From Octopus sinensis (taxonomy: Eukaryota), in assembly GCF_006345805.1 (NCBI RefSeq), contig NC_043010.1, forward strand, positions 61,380,001-61,444,000: DNA of 64,000 nucleotides. Direction: 5' to 3'. Numbering within the stretch: the stretch's first letter is position 1; the number at the start of each line of letters is the position of its first letter. Positions 39,272 through 52,010 of this stretch are shown in pieces. A program made the position numbers and the translations under genes. Under the pieces are notes generated by a model. That model made no database searches, had not been told where the DNA came from, and was given only the letters and a program-made list of their open reading frames with translations.

Positions 39272-39691
39272 CATATACACATATTCGTATACACACACAC
39301 CGTAAAATTAGCGTCTGTGTGTGTATATATGCATTCATATATACACATTAATAATTAATTATCATTTTGCTTTAATTCTATTTACACAAACTCTTGGTGT
39401 ATACACACACACACACGTGTGTGTAGTGTAGGGGAGATGAACTGATCATAAAAGGTGACTAATAACATCTTACATACATGCACATATATATACATACATA
39501 CATACATACATAGTTGTGTGCTGAGCTAAGGGTAATTTTTTTTTTTGATCCGCTTAGAGTCTGAAAGCTCGCATTAACTGACCACTTTGTGTGTGTGTGT
39601 TGCATCCTCCTCTTTTTAATATAACATCGTGTAAACAATGTATTATTGACCTGAAAATCCCCCAACAAACCCGAGAGAAAACACCTCCATC

Positions 39692-39726
<35 letters not shown>

Positions 39727-40619
39727 ACATAGATAACGTGTTTGTATGCGCTTGTTGTTTAGTCCCAGATCAGCCTCTCACCGAGCAGACCTATGTTCAA
39801 GGCGTTCCATCCGTGGCGCTTCCGTCTTTTTTTCTAGGCTCAGTTCACCTTGAACAACATCAATCAGTATGATCCTTTCTATTTTTAAAGGCGCTGTATG
39901 AGGGGAGGGTGCGATTTGAGGTAGATTTGGCTGCGGTGTGATGTGGGGGTTTGTGTGTTCGGACTGTGTTCTGTTGCTCCGTATCCTTTACCACTGAACT
40001 ACTACAACATAAACCACAATGAGTGCTAAATAATGATGTTGTTTACCACCACAAAGTCACCGCAATTTGTGCAATCATCTTTCAACCATTAAACCATTAG
40101 ATCAGTAATAATAATAAATAATAGTTCCAAACATTGTCACAGGGGCAGCAATTTTGTGAGGGAGGGGATGAGTCGAATATATCGACCCCAAAGAGATGAA
40201 AGGCAGAGTCGACCTCAGTGGAACTTGAACTCAGAACGTAATACTACTTAGCTTTCCATCTGGCATGCTAATGATTCTGCCAACTCATCGCCTTAGTAAC
40301 AACAATAATAATAATAAGAAGAAGAATACTCAGTCTAATTTTGGCTGAAGGCTGTAGTTTGTGTGTGAGGGTGCAAGAGGTTGATTACATCATCCCCCAC
40401 CCACCCCAGTGTTCATCTGGTGCTGATTTTATCAATCCCAAAAGGATGGAAGGTAAAGTTGACCATGGTGGGAGTTGAACTCTGAACACGAAGCACTGGA
40501 AGCCGTGCTGTTATGTATTTTTCCCCTGATGCTCTAACGATTCTGTCAGATTGCCACCTTAATAATAATTGTTACTGTTAAAGCAAACAGAGCGAACACG
40601 TGGTATAAAACCGACAAAT

Positions 40620-41400
40620 ATCAATGGGTGATGTTTGTAGAGGCCACAGCCCATGGAGAACTAGCCCTTAGATTTAGAAAAGCTCTGAAGGAGACCAAAC
40701 TCAACATTAAGATTGTTGAAAAGCCAGGGAACTTTGTCAGATCACAACTATGTAGGACATACCCCTTTGAGAATACCATATGCACCAGTGATAACTGCAT
40801 GGTATGTAGGATTAACCCTGGCATTAACTGTAGAACTCGAAATGTAGTTTACAGCATAAGATGCATAGAAGGTGCTTGTAAAGACATGAACATGATGTAC
40901 ATAGGGGAGACATCTAGGAGCATTGCGGAACGAATAAATGAACATCTGAGACATCATCATCATCATCATCGTTTAGCGTCCGCTTTCCATGCTGGCATGG
41001 ATTGGACGGTGCAACTGGGGTCTGGGAAGCCAGAAGGCTGCACCAGGCCCAGTCTGATCTGGCAATGTTTCTACGGCTGGATGCCCTTCCTAATGCCAAC
41101 CACTCCATGAGTGTAGTGGGTGCTTTTTACGTGCCACCAGCACAGGTGTCGGACGAGGCTGGCAGACGGCCACAATCGGATGGTGCTTTTTACGTGCCAC
41201 TGACACGGAGGCCAGGCGAGGCTGGCAAAAAAACAGTCCTCCATATTCCAACATGCCAAAGACCACCATGGAGGCAACTTGGGTCAACTTGACATCCGCA
41301 TCTTATCCAAGCACCCAAAAGACCCAACACTCAGACAAATACGGGAGTACGTCCTTATAAATGAAACTTCCCCAATATTAAATAGGAAATATACATAGAA
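40620..41400 (+). mobile_element. Penelope-like element 3' fragment encoding a GIY-YIG endonuclease, split by a SINE
   Basis: C..C...CRTRNVVYSIRC...MYIGETSRSIAERINEHLR before the SINE; KQSSIFQHAKDHH and, after a frameshift, ILSKHPKDPTLRQIREYVLINETSPILNR after it. Confidence 0.85.
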
Positions 41401-41449
41401 GATACCATACCTCCATACCCACAGTTTACACAGGTAGAGTAGACTAGTT

Positions 41450-42214
41450 AGTGGATTGTTAGGTAGATTTGGTTCCGTTCAAGCAATTCGTAATGGATAA
41501 TCCCTTCCCAGTCCCACCATATGTGCAACATCGTTTTACGCAAATGAAGATCTTGTTTCGTGTACGGTGTTGCTTGTTTACCAGGGCTAAGCCATTCCTT
41601 ATGCTGCTTCATGTTGATGTACAGGCACCATTTTTTGTTGCCAGTAATGATCCGGTAAAGAAATCGTTGCTTGTGTCCATGAGTTGAGCAGTGACGAGCA
41701 AGCAAACCAGCGGAGATTGAGGCTCGTTGATTTTTGTTGTCGTCACTTAAAGCATGTGGAACTCGTGTTCCATACTTCTGAACCTTTCCCATCGAGTGAA
41801 GATGCTTCTCTATAGCCGTATGGGAGCATTCCATTTTCTCTGCGAGCTCCCTTCTCGTTTGACAAGAATTTATTTTGCAAAAGTTGGTTTAATCGCTCTT
41901 CATCGAACTCAACTCGACGGCCAGAGTGAGATGCAGCTTTGAGGTCAAAATTTCCATTTTTGAACATGGCATACCAATCAAAAGCAGTTCTTTCAGCTAT
42001 GGCACCCTCTCCATACACAGCATAAACGTCACGAGCAGCCTTTGCAGCCTTAGAATCTGCAAAGAGCAGGAGGTGTCGAAAATGCTCGTCTTGACAATCC
42101 ATTTTAATGATCTGAAAATAAACAAAAATTAACTAGAAAAAAAAAAAATAGATTCCAAAATGATTCAAAAATAGAATTTTAAAAAACGGCGGGAACTTAG
42201 TTGCCAACCCAATA
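41450..42214 (-). mobile_element. 3'-truncated mariner transposon (second family)
   Basis: 5' TIR TATTGGGTTGGCAACTAAGTTCCCGCC at 42188-42214; two frameshifted ORFs with HFRHLLLF...AARDVYAVYGE, RVPHALS, IITGNKKW and WWDWEG motifs; catalytic C-terminal part and second TIR are absent. Confidence 0.88.
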
Positions 42215-42871
42215 CATATGTATGTCCACACATATATATGTATGTCTATACATATATATGTGTGGACATATATGTATGTATGTCTATACATGTATGTATG
42301 TCTATACATGTATGTATGTCTATACATATATGTGTATGTCTATAAATATATTTGTATGTCTATACATATATATGTATGTATATACATATATGTGTATATG
42401 TATATATATATGTGTATGTATATACATACATGTGTATATGTATATATATGTGTATGTATATACATACATGTGTATATATATGTATGTATATACATACATG
42501 TGTATATATATGTATGTATATACATACATGTGTATATATATGTATGTATATACATACATGTGTATATATATGTATGTATATACATACATGTGTATATATA
42601 TATATGTATTTACATATATTTGTATATATATATATGTGTATATATGAATGTCTATATGTATGTGTGTATATATGTATATATACATGTGTGTGTTTGTGTG
42701 TATATATATGTATGTCTGTATATGTATATACATATGTGTACGTATGTATGTATACACGTATGTGTATGTATATACATATGTGTATATATTTATATATATG
42801 TATATACGTGTGTATGTATGTACGTATATACATGTGCATGTATATATATATATATATACACACACACACAT

Positions 42872-42914
<43 letters not shown>

Positions 42915-42930
42915 CATATGTGTATGTATA
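42215..42930. repeat. Compound (TA)/(TATG) minisatellite abutting the mariner TIR
   Basis: Units such as TATGTATGTATATACATACATGTGTATATA repeated in tandem. Confidence 0.93.
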
Positions 42931-44337
42931 GATGTAGTATTTATTAGTAATAGGAGATGGATTTTTTTTTTATTAGACTTTTATTAGTTATTTTTCTAAA
43001 TTTGTCATTACTTTGAAAATTAATTGAAACTTGAACAGAAATTTGGTAATGGAAGGTCTTTCCTCAAAAGTTTCTCTCAATTTATGTCCCAAATGCCCCA
43101 GTTCTGCCTCTGATCTCGTAGATCCCTGGTAAAAAGTGTTCCAGTGGTGACCCACACATCTATTATCCAGGCACAGTATATCTAGGACTCCATTATCTAA
43201 TGTTAGTCATGTTGATGATGTTGTTATTTCAGTGTCAAGTTATCTGTGTACCTTGGACTCCATTATTCAATGTGTTGTTTGTCATTTTTGTTCAGCCCGA
43301 GGTGAATCAAAGACATTCCAACCATTTCCTAGGTGAACCAAAGATATTCCAACCATGGCCAACCATGTTTAGGATTATATTATCTGTTGTATTTTGCTAT
43401 TTTTTAAGATTGGAGTGTGTGATTTTATGGTGATGTGACTGCTATTTCTAGCCAATTGACTGGCTACTTAGAGGCCTCTTCATTGACTCACTGAGGAAAT
43501 TGTTTGGTAATGAGTGCAATGTAACTAGATATTTGTTAAGCCTCTTTATATGGTTTATATTGTAAACTCAATTAAAGTTTAAATATTTTTCATTATGCTC
43601 TTTGTTGTAAGACTTTTGTTTTTGTTTGTTTTTTCCAGATATTAAAACTTGGAGTACTGAACTGGCTGTACCTGTGAGGAATTCTGGAAAGATTTCCTTG
43701 AATAACCCCAGAGATTAATGACTCTTCATAAGAAACATTTCAAAACTCTCCTTCAATGACAAACAGGCTTTTGGTTTTCATTTCAAGTCTGCTACCTCTT
43801 CTTCCCAAGAAAAGCCCCTGCTCTTCACTTTTCTGATATTTATATCTATTTATCTCTCTCTCTCTATATATATATATATGTGTGTGTGTGTCTGTGTGTG
43901 CACATACTTTATTACAACTGGAGGACAGCATAAGAATTCTCTGAAGAAACAAAAACCCAGACAAAAGTTTATTCTTTAATCTTATCAATTGTTAGAATGG
44001 GAAATATTTGGAGAGAGTATCAACAAATTACTCCGAGTCATTTCAAATATTGTTGAAGACAAAGTCAGAAACTAAATCTATTGGTAAGAAAGTCCAGTAA
44101 GAAAGCAAAAAAGCCTGCTGTTTCAATGGATGGATCTGCGGTTTCCACTGAAATGAGAATTCATTAAAAGCTGGATAATTATTATTATTCTTTGTTTACA
44201 ACTTTATACAAATCTTTGTTTGAATTCAGAAAAAAACGGAAATATATTGAAATAAGACCCTGTGGATTACAGTGGATTAAATAAAACTGCTGCCATCCTC
44301 TTCCTGCTCATCCAGTTTGGATTATGTGTAAAGAGCC

Positions 44338-45906
44338 ATGTATTCTGTACAGTCTATGGCGTTTCCACAAGCTTTTCCCCAAAACGACTTGCATCACCAC
44401 CATCATCACCACCACCAGCCACAACAGCTGAAAGTGAACTTGAAACAACCTGTCCCACAACAACAACAACAACAGCAACAACCACCGCCACAACCACAAC
44501 AGCAACCACCACCACCGCCACCACAGCAACCACAACCAACACTACCACTTCAGACCTCAACTATCATAGCTCAAGGAATTTCCAGCTCTGTCCCCGCTGT
44601 GTCTTCAGCCAACCATCAACACGTAAACAACAGCAGCAACAGTGCCACAAGTAAGAAACCATTCAAGTGTGACATATGCCGGAAGGCCTTTTCTCGCAGA
44701 GCGAACTTGGACCATCACGAAAATGCCCCTGCTACGGAAAAGCATTTCAGTTGTGGCTATTGTTTCAAGGCGTTTTCACAGAGAGACAAGTTGAAGAGTC
44801 ACCAAGCTATTCACACGGGAGAGAGGAACTTTCACTGCGACATTTGCCAGAAGTCGTTCACGCAGAAAGATCACCTCAACAACCACTCGCGGACACACAG
44901 TGGTCATCGGCCTTTTAAATGTCAGGTTTGCTCGAAGGCTTTTTCACAGCGGGCTCATTTGAAAAACCACCATCGCATACACACTGGCGAGAAGCCATTC
45001 CACTGCACCTTCTGCGGCAAAGGGTTCAGCCAAAGTGCACATCTTGCTAAGCATGAACGAGTGCACACTGGTCTTAGGCCATTCAGCTGTGCCTACTGCG
45101 GCAAATCATTTGCACAGCGCAGCAACTTGGACAACCACGAGCGCATCCATACAGGCTTGAAACCCTATCACTGTGGTGTGTGTTCCAAGTCTTTTGCTCA
45201 GCGAGATCATTTAAACAACCACGAACGTATTCACAGCGGCGAGAGACCATACAGGTGCACCACTTGCTCCAAGTCATTTGCACAGCGTGCACATCTCAAC
45301 AACCACAAGCGCATCCACAGCGGCGAGAAGCCATACACGTGCTTGATCTGTCAGAAGTCCTTCTCGCAGCGAGCTAATCTGAAGAAGCACGAACGCACAC
45401 ACACTTCGGAAGACATTCAGAAAGCATCATCACAATCAACAGCAGAAAACACGACGGCCTCAGTTGTGGACATGAATTCAACCCCGGCACCAGCGCCAGC
45501 CTCCACCACGCCTTCATCACAGCAACAAACAGTTCACACACTCAACGTGTCTCCTGCCTCTTCAGCTTCATTAATGATGAGCGCATCACCCTGTTGTGCC
45601 TCATCATTTTCCACACACCCTCAGGATCACCTGCATCCCCATCAAGTGATGGTGCCAGACAGGCTGCCAAACAGCTACTGTTGGTCTCGTGGCTTTCCCG
45701 TCACTGCTTGGAGTGATAGCACTGCCGTGCCAACAGTCCCCCCCGGCAGTGTGTTTCCTTGCAATGGCGGCATTGTTGGAGTGCACAGTAGCGGCGTGGG
45801 GGTGGTGTGTAGTGCTGGAACTGGCTGCACTAGCCAGCACCCAAACAAACATGGAATACAACTGGATCTGAATAAACCCAACTCTCATCACAAAGGAAAG
45901 CATTAG
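44338..45906 (+). CDS. C2H2 zinc-finger protein (ZNF-B), 522 aa: N-terminal H/Q/P-rich tract, 1 degenerate + 8 canonical fingers; paralog of ZNF-A
   Basis: Uninterrupted ORF with fingers at about 44668-45402, TGEKP/SGERP linkers, start context GCCATG, AATAAA at 46039. Confidence 0.95.
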   Translation: MYSVQSMAFPQAFPQNDLHHHHHHHHQPQQLKVNLKQPVPQQQQQQQQPPPQPQQQPPPPPPQQPQPTLPLQTSTIIAQGISSSVPAVSSANHQHVNNSSNSATSKKPFKCDICRKAFSRRANLDHHENAPATEKHFSCGYCFKAFSQRDKLKSHQAIHTGERNFHCDICQKSFTQKDHLNNHSRTHSGHRPFKCQVCSKAFSQRAHLKNHHRIHTGEKPFHCTFCGKGFSQSAHLAKHERVHTGLRPFSCAYCGKSFAQRSNLDNHERIHTGLKPYHCGVCSKSFAQRDHLNNHERIHSGERPYRCTTCSKSFAQRAHLNNHKRIHSGEKPYTCLICQKSFSQRANLKKHERTHTSEDIQKASSQSTAENTTASVVDMNSTPAPAPASTTPSSQQQTVHTLNVSPASSASLMMSASPCCASSFSTHPQDHLHPHQVMVPDRLPNSYCWSRGFPVTAWSDSTAVPTVPPGSVFPCNGGIVGVHSSGVGVVCSAGTGCTSQHPNKHGIQLDLNKPNSHHKGKH

Positions 45907-46599
45907 GAAAATGTCAGTACAAAGGATAAACTGTACAGCTCCTGTCACAGTGTAACACCAACACAGAATTTTATAAAAAAGACCCTCTCTATGTGACGTA
46001 AGCCTGCAATGTGTCATATCAGTATTATGACTTCACACAATAAAATTTAGTTACACTGTGACAGGCATAAAACTGTTGTTACATTGTGACAGAAAACCAC
46101 CGCAACTATGTATAACAGTGTACCATGGCAGACAAAAAGCATTGTGCCAAGGTGCTGTTGGGAATAACTGCATAACAGTCAGGATATGATTATAGAATGA
46201 ATCCATGTTAAAAAGAGACTTTATATCAGCTGACATAACTGTGTAACAGTGTATCATCATTGAACAGGCCAGTGTGTTATGTTAAAGCAAGGCATTGTAA
46301 CTGTGTGTGTCACCACAGCAGAGTATTGTATCAGAGACTGTGTATGGATATATATATATGAATTATATACGACAGGAGAGTGTAGCACAAGTGACAGTAT
46401 GAAGGCCACAACACTGGATATGTGACAGTACCAAGGTGGCTGCATTCACATACATACATCCTGTGATAGATATCTTTCTCCTCCTCCTCTTGCACACGGC
46501 ACTCCAGATACATCAGAACAACTATAGCATTCTTGAATCTGGATCAGACAAAACCAACTGTATTAGTAGTCTCTGATCACATGTGGCATTGCATAGGCA

Positions 46600-46930
46600 G
46601 TCGAGACATGTCACAACTGCGACTGGTAGAGGGTTAGAACATGTCATAAGGTAAAACTGACTGGTAGAGGGTTGAGACATGTCGCAGTGTACACCTATGA
46701 CAGGTGGATAGATGGGAGGGAGGTTAAGACATGTCATAGTGTACAGCTGTGACTGGTAGAGGGTTGAGACATGTCACTACATCTGTGACTGGTAGTGAGT
46801 GAGGTGTGATAATGTGAAATTGGCTGGGAGAGAGTTAAGACATGTCAGTAAACAACTGGCTGGTAGAGAGAGTTAAGACCTGTCATCATGGAAAAAAGGG
46901 AACTGGCAGAGGATTGAGACTTGTCACAGC
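46600..46930. repeat. Degenerate tandem repeat (about 35-50 bp unit) built on GACTGGTAGAGGGTTGAGACATGTCA
   Basis: Eight AGACATGTCA-like words at about 46604, 46637, 46675, 46727, 46767, 46838, 46876 and 46917. Confidence 0.8.
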
Positions 46931-48079
46931 ATACAACGGTGACTGGCACAGGGCTCAAATTAAAACTGGAAGAAGGGATTCTATTTTTGTTGTTTCATTT
47001 TGTTACTGTTTATTTCTTACGATCCAGCTTGTTGTTAAGGGAGATCCCCCAACAGAAGTTCAATGACCTGATCTGAGTTATCAGAATGTCTTTCAATTGA
47101 ATCGATTTTGGATTTGATCACAAGGACTGTGCTTTGGCCAGGTTTGGGAGAGCAATTTGCATTCCATTCAGAATATCGTTCCATGTTCAAATTGCTATTC
47201 ATTGTAACCTCATACCATCCACCATTATCTGATCTCATACCATCTGTTATTTTCTGACTTTATATTTCTCTCATAACCATCCATTCATTGTTTTCTGATC
47301 TCACATCTGTCATAACCATCCATCATTTTGTGACAACTTCCAATTCGCTGTCAGTGGCAGGTTTTGACATTCAGAGTTGTCGACCCTTAGTCATATCCTA
47401 CGAAAACCTGGTCATCTTAGCACTTTGCATCCTCCTCTTTCACAAAGGGCCAGCTGCTCTTTTTGCCCATTTATGGTAATCAGTCGGCTTTCACTTCACT
47501 TTCACCTGGTTTCCCATCTCAACTGTAACCCTGTCGCTTTGTCACCCCCCCCCCCTCATCAGTCATCATTCTAATGTGGTCATGTGATCCAGTCACTCAC
47601 CTCACCACACAGGAAATCATTTTGTTGTTTTGAAAGAAATCCTCTTTTCTTTCTCTTTCTGGCCCATGACCGTGCTTTCTTCCTCTTGTCATTTCTATTT
47701 GAACCTGAAACCACAGACATGGAGCAGGGATCCCTTATCTTCTCCCTCATTCATCTTTACTTACTGTTCTTGAGATTGAGTTACAAAACTGTGTTGAGTG
47801 GGGACATCAACTCAACTTCCATTTTCAGTCTCTCAAGTGGAATCCCTAGTTTAACTCCAGACTTCAGTGACACAATGAGCTCAACTCCAAGCATAGCTGA
47901 GACATCAGTTTAACTCCGGACTATGTTAAAAGGACCCTTCCAGCTTGACTCTAAATTAACGCCTCACTTGTCGGTCCCCTTTTATTTCTAACACCCCTCT
48001 ATGCCACATACTAAATAAAGAAAATGAAGACATTTATCTTTGCTGTTGACTCTTCATTTTGTTTTTGTTGTTGTGTATA

Positions 48080-48366
48080 TGGCCCAGTGGTTAGGGCAGT
48101 GGACTCGCGGTCGTAGGATCGCGGTTTCGATTCCCAGACCGGGCGTTGTGAGTATTTATTGAGCAAAAACACCAAAAACTCTACGAGGCTCCAGCAGGGG
48201 GGGGGGCGATCCCTGCTGTATTCTTTCGCCACAACTTTCTCTCACTTTCTTCTGTTGGCCTGCTCGCTTAGCCAGCGGAGTGGCGTCATTCAAAGGCTAA
48301 AACAATGTGAAGCGCATTGTGACCAGCAATGTGTAGCAACATCTGATAGCCTGGTCGGTCACGTGA
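48080..48366 (+). mobile_element. tRNA-derived SINE family E, well-preserved copy
   Basis: Clear A box (TGGCCCAGTGG) and B box (GGTTTCGATTCCC) followed by a non-tRNA body. Confidence 0.75.
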
Positions 48367-48627
48367 TATAGATATTATCACTCATCACTCTTTTGTGAAG
48401 TAGGAGTGGACCCATTTTGTCAGCCAGGTAGTCTGAAGCCAGTAAATAATAGCCATAATGGTAACATTTGAATTTTTCCCTATCAAATTCTGTCAGTAGT
48501 TCAGCCTCTTAACTCGTTTGTTTCCATATCTCTATCAAAATACATTGACTTTGATTCAATTAATTTTGAAGAAAAAAAGAATCGAGTAAAATAACTTTGT
48601 CTTTATTAAGCTGAATTTTGTAACATA

Positions 48628-49025
48628 AACTAGCAGCATCACCCAGTGTTGCTCGGGTTTGTTTCGACCCTTTAGAATTGGAATTTTTGAAAAGTAAAAG
48701 TTTTGCAATATGTAGCTTGTTATTCTCTTTAAGTGAACATTTTTCTGGTTGAAATACACCGAAAAATGGCAACAAAGCAGTAAAAAAATCTTTAAAAATA
48801 GGGATTTTTATAGAAAAGAAGCACCTTTTTTATGTAAATAATTTTTGGTGTTAACATGGTCTGATTTGAATTTTATCTTCTACAGAAGGAAGAACAAGCC
48901 TTCTTCTATCATACTCTTAATTTTGGTCAACTTGCACCACAGGGTCTCAGAGGAGATAGTGCTAGTTGAAGGCTACCAAACCTGGTGCACACAGACAACT
49001 TCAGCTTTATATAGAGAGAGATTTA
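48628..49025 (+). mobile_element. Helitron/Helentron-like non-autonomous element (HINE-like), copy 2
   Basis: Colinear with 1541-1937 over about 400 bp. Confidence 0.6.
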
Positions 49026-49142
49026 ATGTCAAATTCTGATAGAAAGTTTAAATTTAAATCACCTCAAAACAAGAAGTTTGTATCTTAGAACCAGGAATAG
49101 TCTCAGGTAGATTGGTACAAAAAGGATAAAATAACTTCAACT

Positions 49143-49618
49143 TTAACCCTTTGGTGTTCAGATTACTCTGTCAAATGTAATGTAAAAAGCACCATCCGAA
49201 CATGGCTGATGCCAGCGCTGCCTTAACTGGCTTCTGTGCCGGTGGCACGTAAAAGCACCAACTGATCATGGACGTTGCCAGCCTCGCCTGGGATGTAAAA
49301 AGCACCCACTACACTCATGGAGTGATTGGTGTTAGGAAGGGCATCCAGCTGTTAAAACACTGCCAGATCAGACTGGAGCCTGGTACAGCCTTCTGGCTTC
49401 ACAGACCCCGGTCAAACCGTGCAACCCATGCTAGCATGGAAAGTGGACGTTAAACGATGATGATGATGATTATCTTGTAGCTACAAAATTTTGATGAAGT
49501 GATTTCTTATATTTAGAATGGTAGGGTAGGTGTGAAATGTCAGATCCGGCCAGCTTGAACTACAATAGATAGAATATTTCGACCTGATGTGCCTGGTTTA
49601 AATGCTAAAGGGTTATAG
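49143..49618. mobile_element. piggyBac-like MITE (TTAA-CCCT...AGGG-TTA) split by a SINE at 49183-49470
   Basis: TTAACCCTTT left end and AAAGGGTTA right end; uninterrupted relative at 60304-60532. Confidence 0.6.
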
Positions 49619-50801
49619 TTAATATAGCATTAAATAAGGGCCTTGTTATCATTTATAGTACAGTGAGATTTTGGTAGGGATTAAATCCTAATTGCAATTT
49701 TAATATAGGGTGGTTTTCACAGATTGGTAACCTTGCTCAAAGGGCTGTCTTAGGTTGGTATCCTGTAACGTCTGTGAGCTGTAGATGTTGAAACTGTTGA
49801 CTATAAAGGGTTACATAGCCATTGTGTTCCTCCTAAACAACACAACACTGCTTTCTCCAGTTTTTCTGGTTGACAAAAAGAACTCAACCAGTTCTGTTCA
49901 TGATTGAGTGATTAGCACCAGGAAGGTTATCTCTCAGCTGTAAAAATAATTCAATGGAAAAAAGATTACACCTATAGAGAAACATGTGCAAAAGATATGT
50001 ATGTGTATATACATATATAAGGAAAGGGTTGACTGATTTAAGAGTTTCTGTTCACTTGCCTTCATCAGAATCAGACTGCTCCTTTCTTTGTCACTGTTGA
50101 GTGGGAGAAGAGCCAGAGTAATAGGATGAAAGGAGGTAGAGATGAAAGACTGATCGAAGATATATATATATATATAGAGAGAGAGAGAGCTATGTGATGG
50201 TTGTTGATAAGGGTATTGAGTAGACATGAATAAGGAAGCTTTAAGAATAAATATTAACTACCATCCCACTTGCATATCTGAATCCAAATTTGTTAAAGCA
50301 GCATGATGAGAGAAGTGGGTGTGGTAGGGGAGTCATGGTAATGGAAGGGAGAGAGGTTAATGGTTGGTAGGAATAAAGATGGAAAGTCTAACGGATGTCA
50401 ATAATGATAGCAACAGGAGAGAGAGAGAGAGAGTAATGGCCTTCAATAAAGAAGAGGGACTGAATTTGCACAACGCCAATGTATTACCATCTCTCATTAC
50501 ACAGGTGACATGATGGGGGAAGAGAAAGTGAGGTGTGCAATAAATAGTAACAAAGATGGTTACAGGGAAACTGAATATGATTGGGTTAGAGAAGCCTCTG
50601 GTGTGTGTATATGTACACGAATAGACAGAATAGGAGACACATGGGATGGAGAGTCGATGAAGAGGTCACAGGATGCGTGATGAAGGATTTAAGAGGAAGG
50701 ACAGTAAAATAGGAATAATAAAGCTGAAGTGAAGAACGAATATATAATGTGTGTGTGTGTTTATTTGGCAAGAAAAAAAGACCATCCCAAAATATAACAA
50801 T

Positions 50802-50844
<43 letters not shown>

Positions 50845-51016
50845 CACACACACATAGAGGCATGGCTGTCTGGTTAAGAAGTTCACTTCAGAACCCCATG
50901 GTGTTTAGAATTCAGTTCTACTCCATGGCACAGTCAATGTCTTCTATTGTGGCTGTAAACTAATTGATGCTGTGTGAGTGAATTGGAAGATGGAAACTGT
51001 CTGAATTTTGCCATAC

Positions 51017-51067
<51 letters not shown>

Positions 51068-51629
51068 AGCCTGTATGTGTTTGTGTCTTCTCCATGGCTC
51101 AATGTATTTACACTGGTTGAAGATAAAAGTCAATATATAAAACATGCAAATTTTTATATATTTGCAATCTGCCCCTGTGCCGGTGGCACATAAAAGCACC
51201 ATCCGTTCGTGGCCGTTTGCCAGCACCGTCTGGCACCTGTGCCAGTGGCACGTAAAAAGCACCCACTACACTCACGGAGTGGTTGGCGTTAGGAAGGGCA
51301 TCCAGCTGTAGAAACACTACCAGATCAGACTGGGCCTGGTGCAGCCTCCTGGCTTCACAGACCCCAGTTGAACCGTCCAACCCATGCTAGCATGGAAAGC
51401 GGACGCTAAACGATGATGATGATGATGCCAGGAAAATATGTCTGACCATCATTGAACAGTTCGTTGTTCCAAAAGTCTGTGAAAAATATTACCTTGCTTA
51501 CAAACAGGTGAGGACTGGCAACAGGAACAAGTACCCAGCTGTAGAAACTCTGCCTCAACGTACTTTGTCTGACCCATACAAACAGAAATAATGATAAAGT
51601 GTGTGAATATGTGTATATATGTGTGTGTA

Positions 51630-52010
51630 TAGCGCCATGCCGGTAGCATGTAAAAAGCACCATCCAAATGTGGTTGATACCAGTGCCGCCTTGACTGGCT
51701 TCCATGCTGGTGGCACGTAAAAAGCACCATCCGAACGTGACTGATGTACAACTACAACATCAGCAATATCAAAACCAAATCAAATGGAAATTGTAGTTGT
51801 GAGCCCCATGCCTGTAGCACATAAAAAGTACCATCTGAATGTGGCCGACGCCAGTGCTGCCTTGACTGGCTTCCGTGCTGGTGGCATGTAAAAAGTGCTA
51901 TCTGATGGCAATCGATGCCAGCTCCCCTGGCCCCTTGTGCCAGTGGCATGTAAAAAGCACCATCCGATTGTAGACGATGCCAGCTTCTCTGGCCCCTTGT
52001 GCTGGTGGAA
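51630..52010 (+). repeat. Tandem array of SINE-C 5' units without core
   Basis: About five repeats of GTGGCAYGTAAAAAGCACCATCC...GAYGCCAG. Confidence 0.7.

Noticed and set aside
48080-48150. Possible tRNA gene (also at 18931-19000)
   Set aside because: A and B boxes are present but the acceptor stem does not close and a repeat body follows; these are SINE heads.
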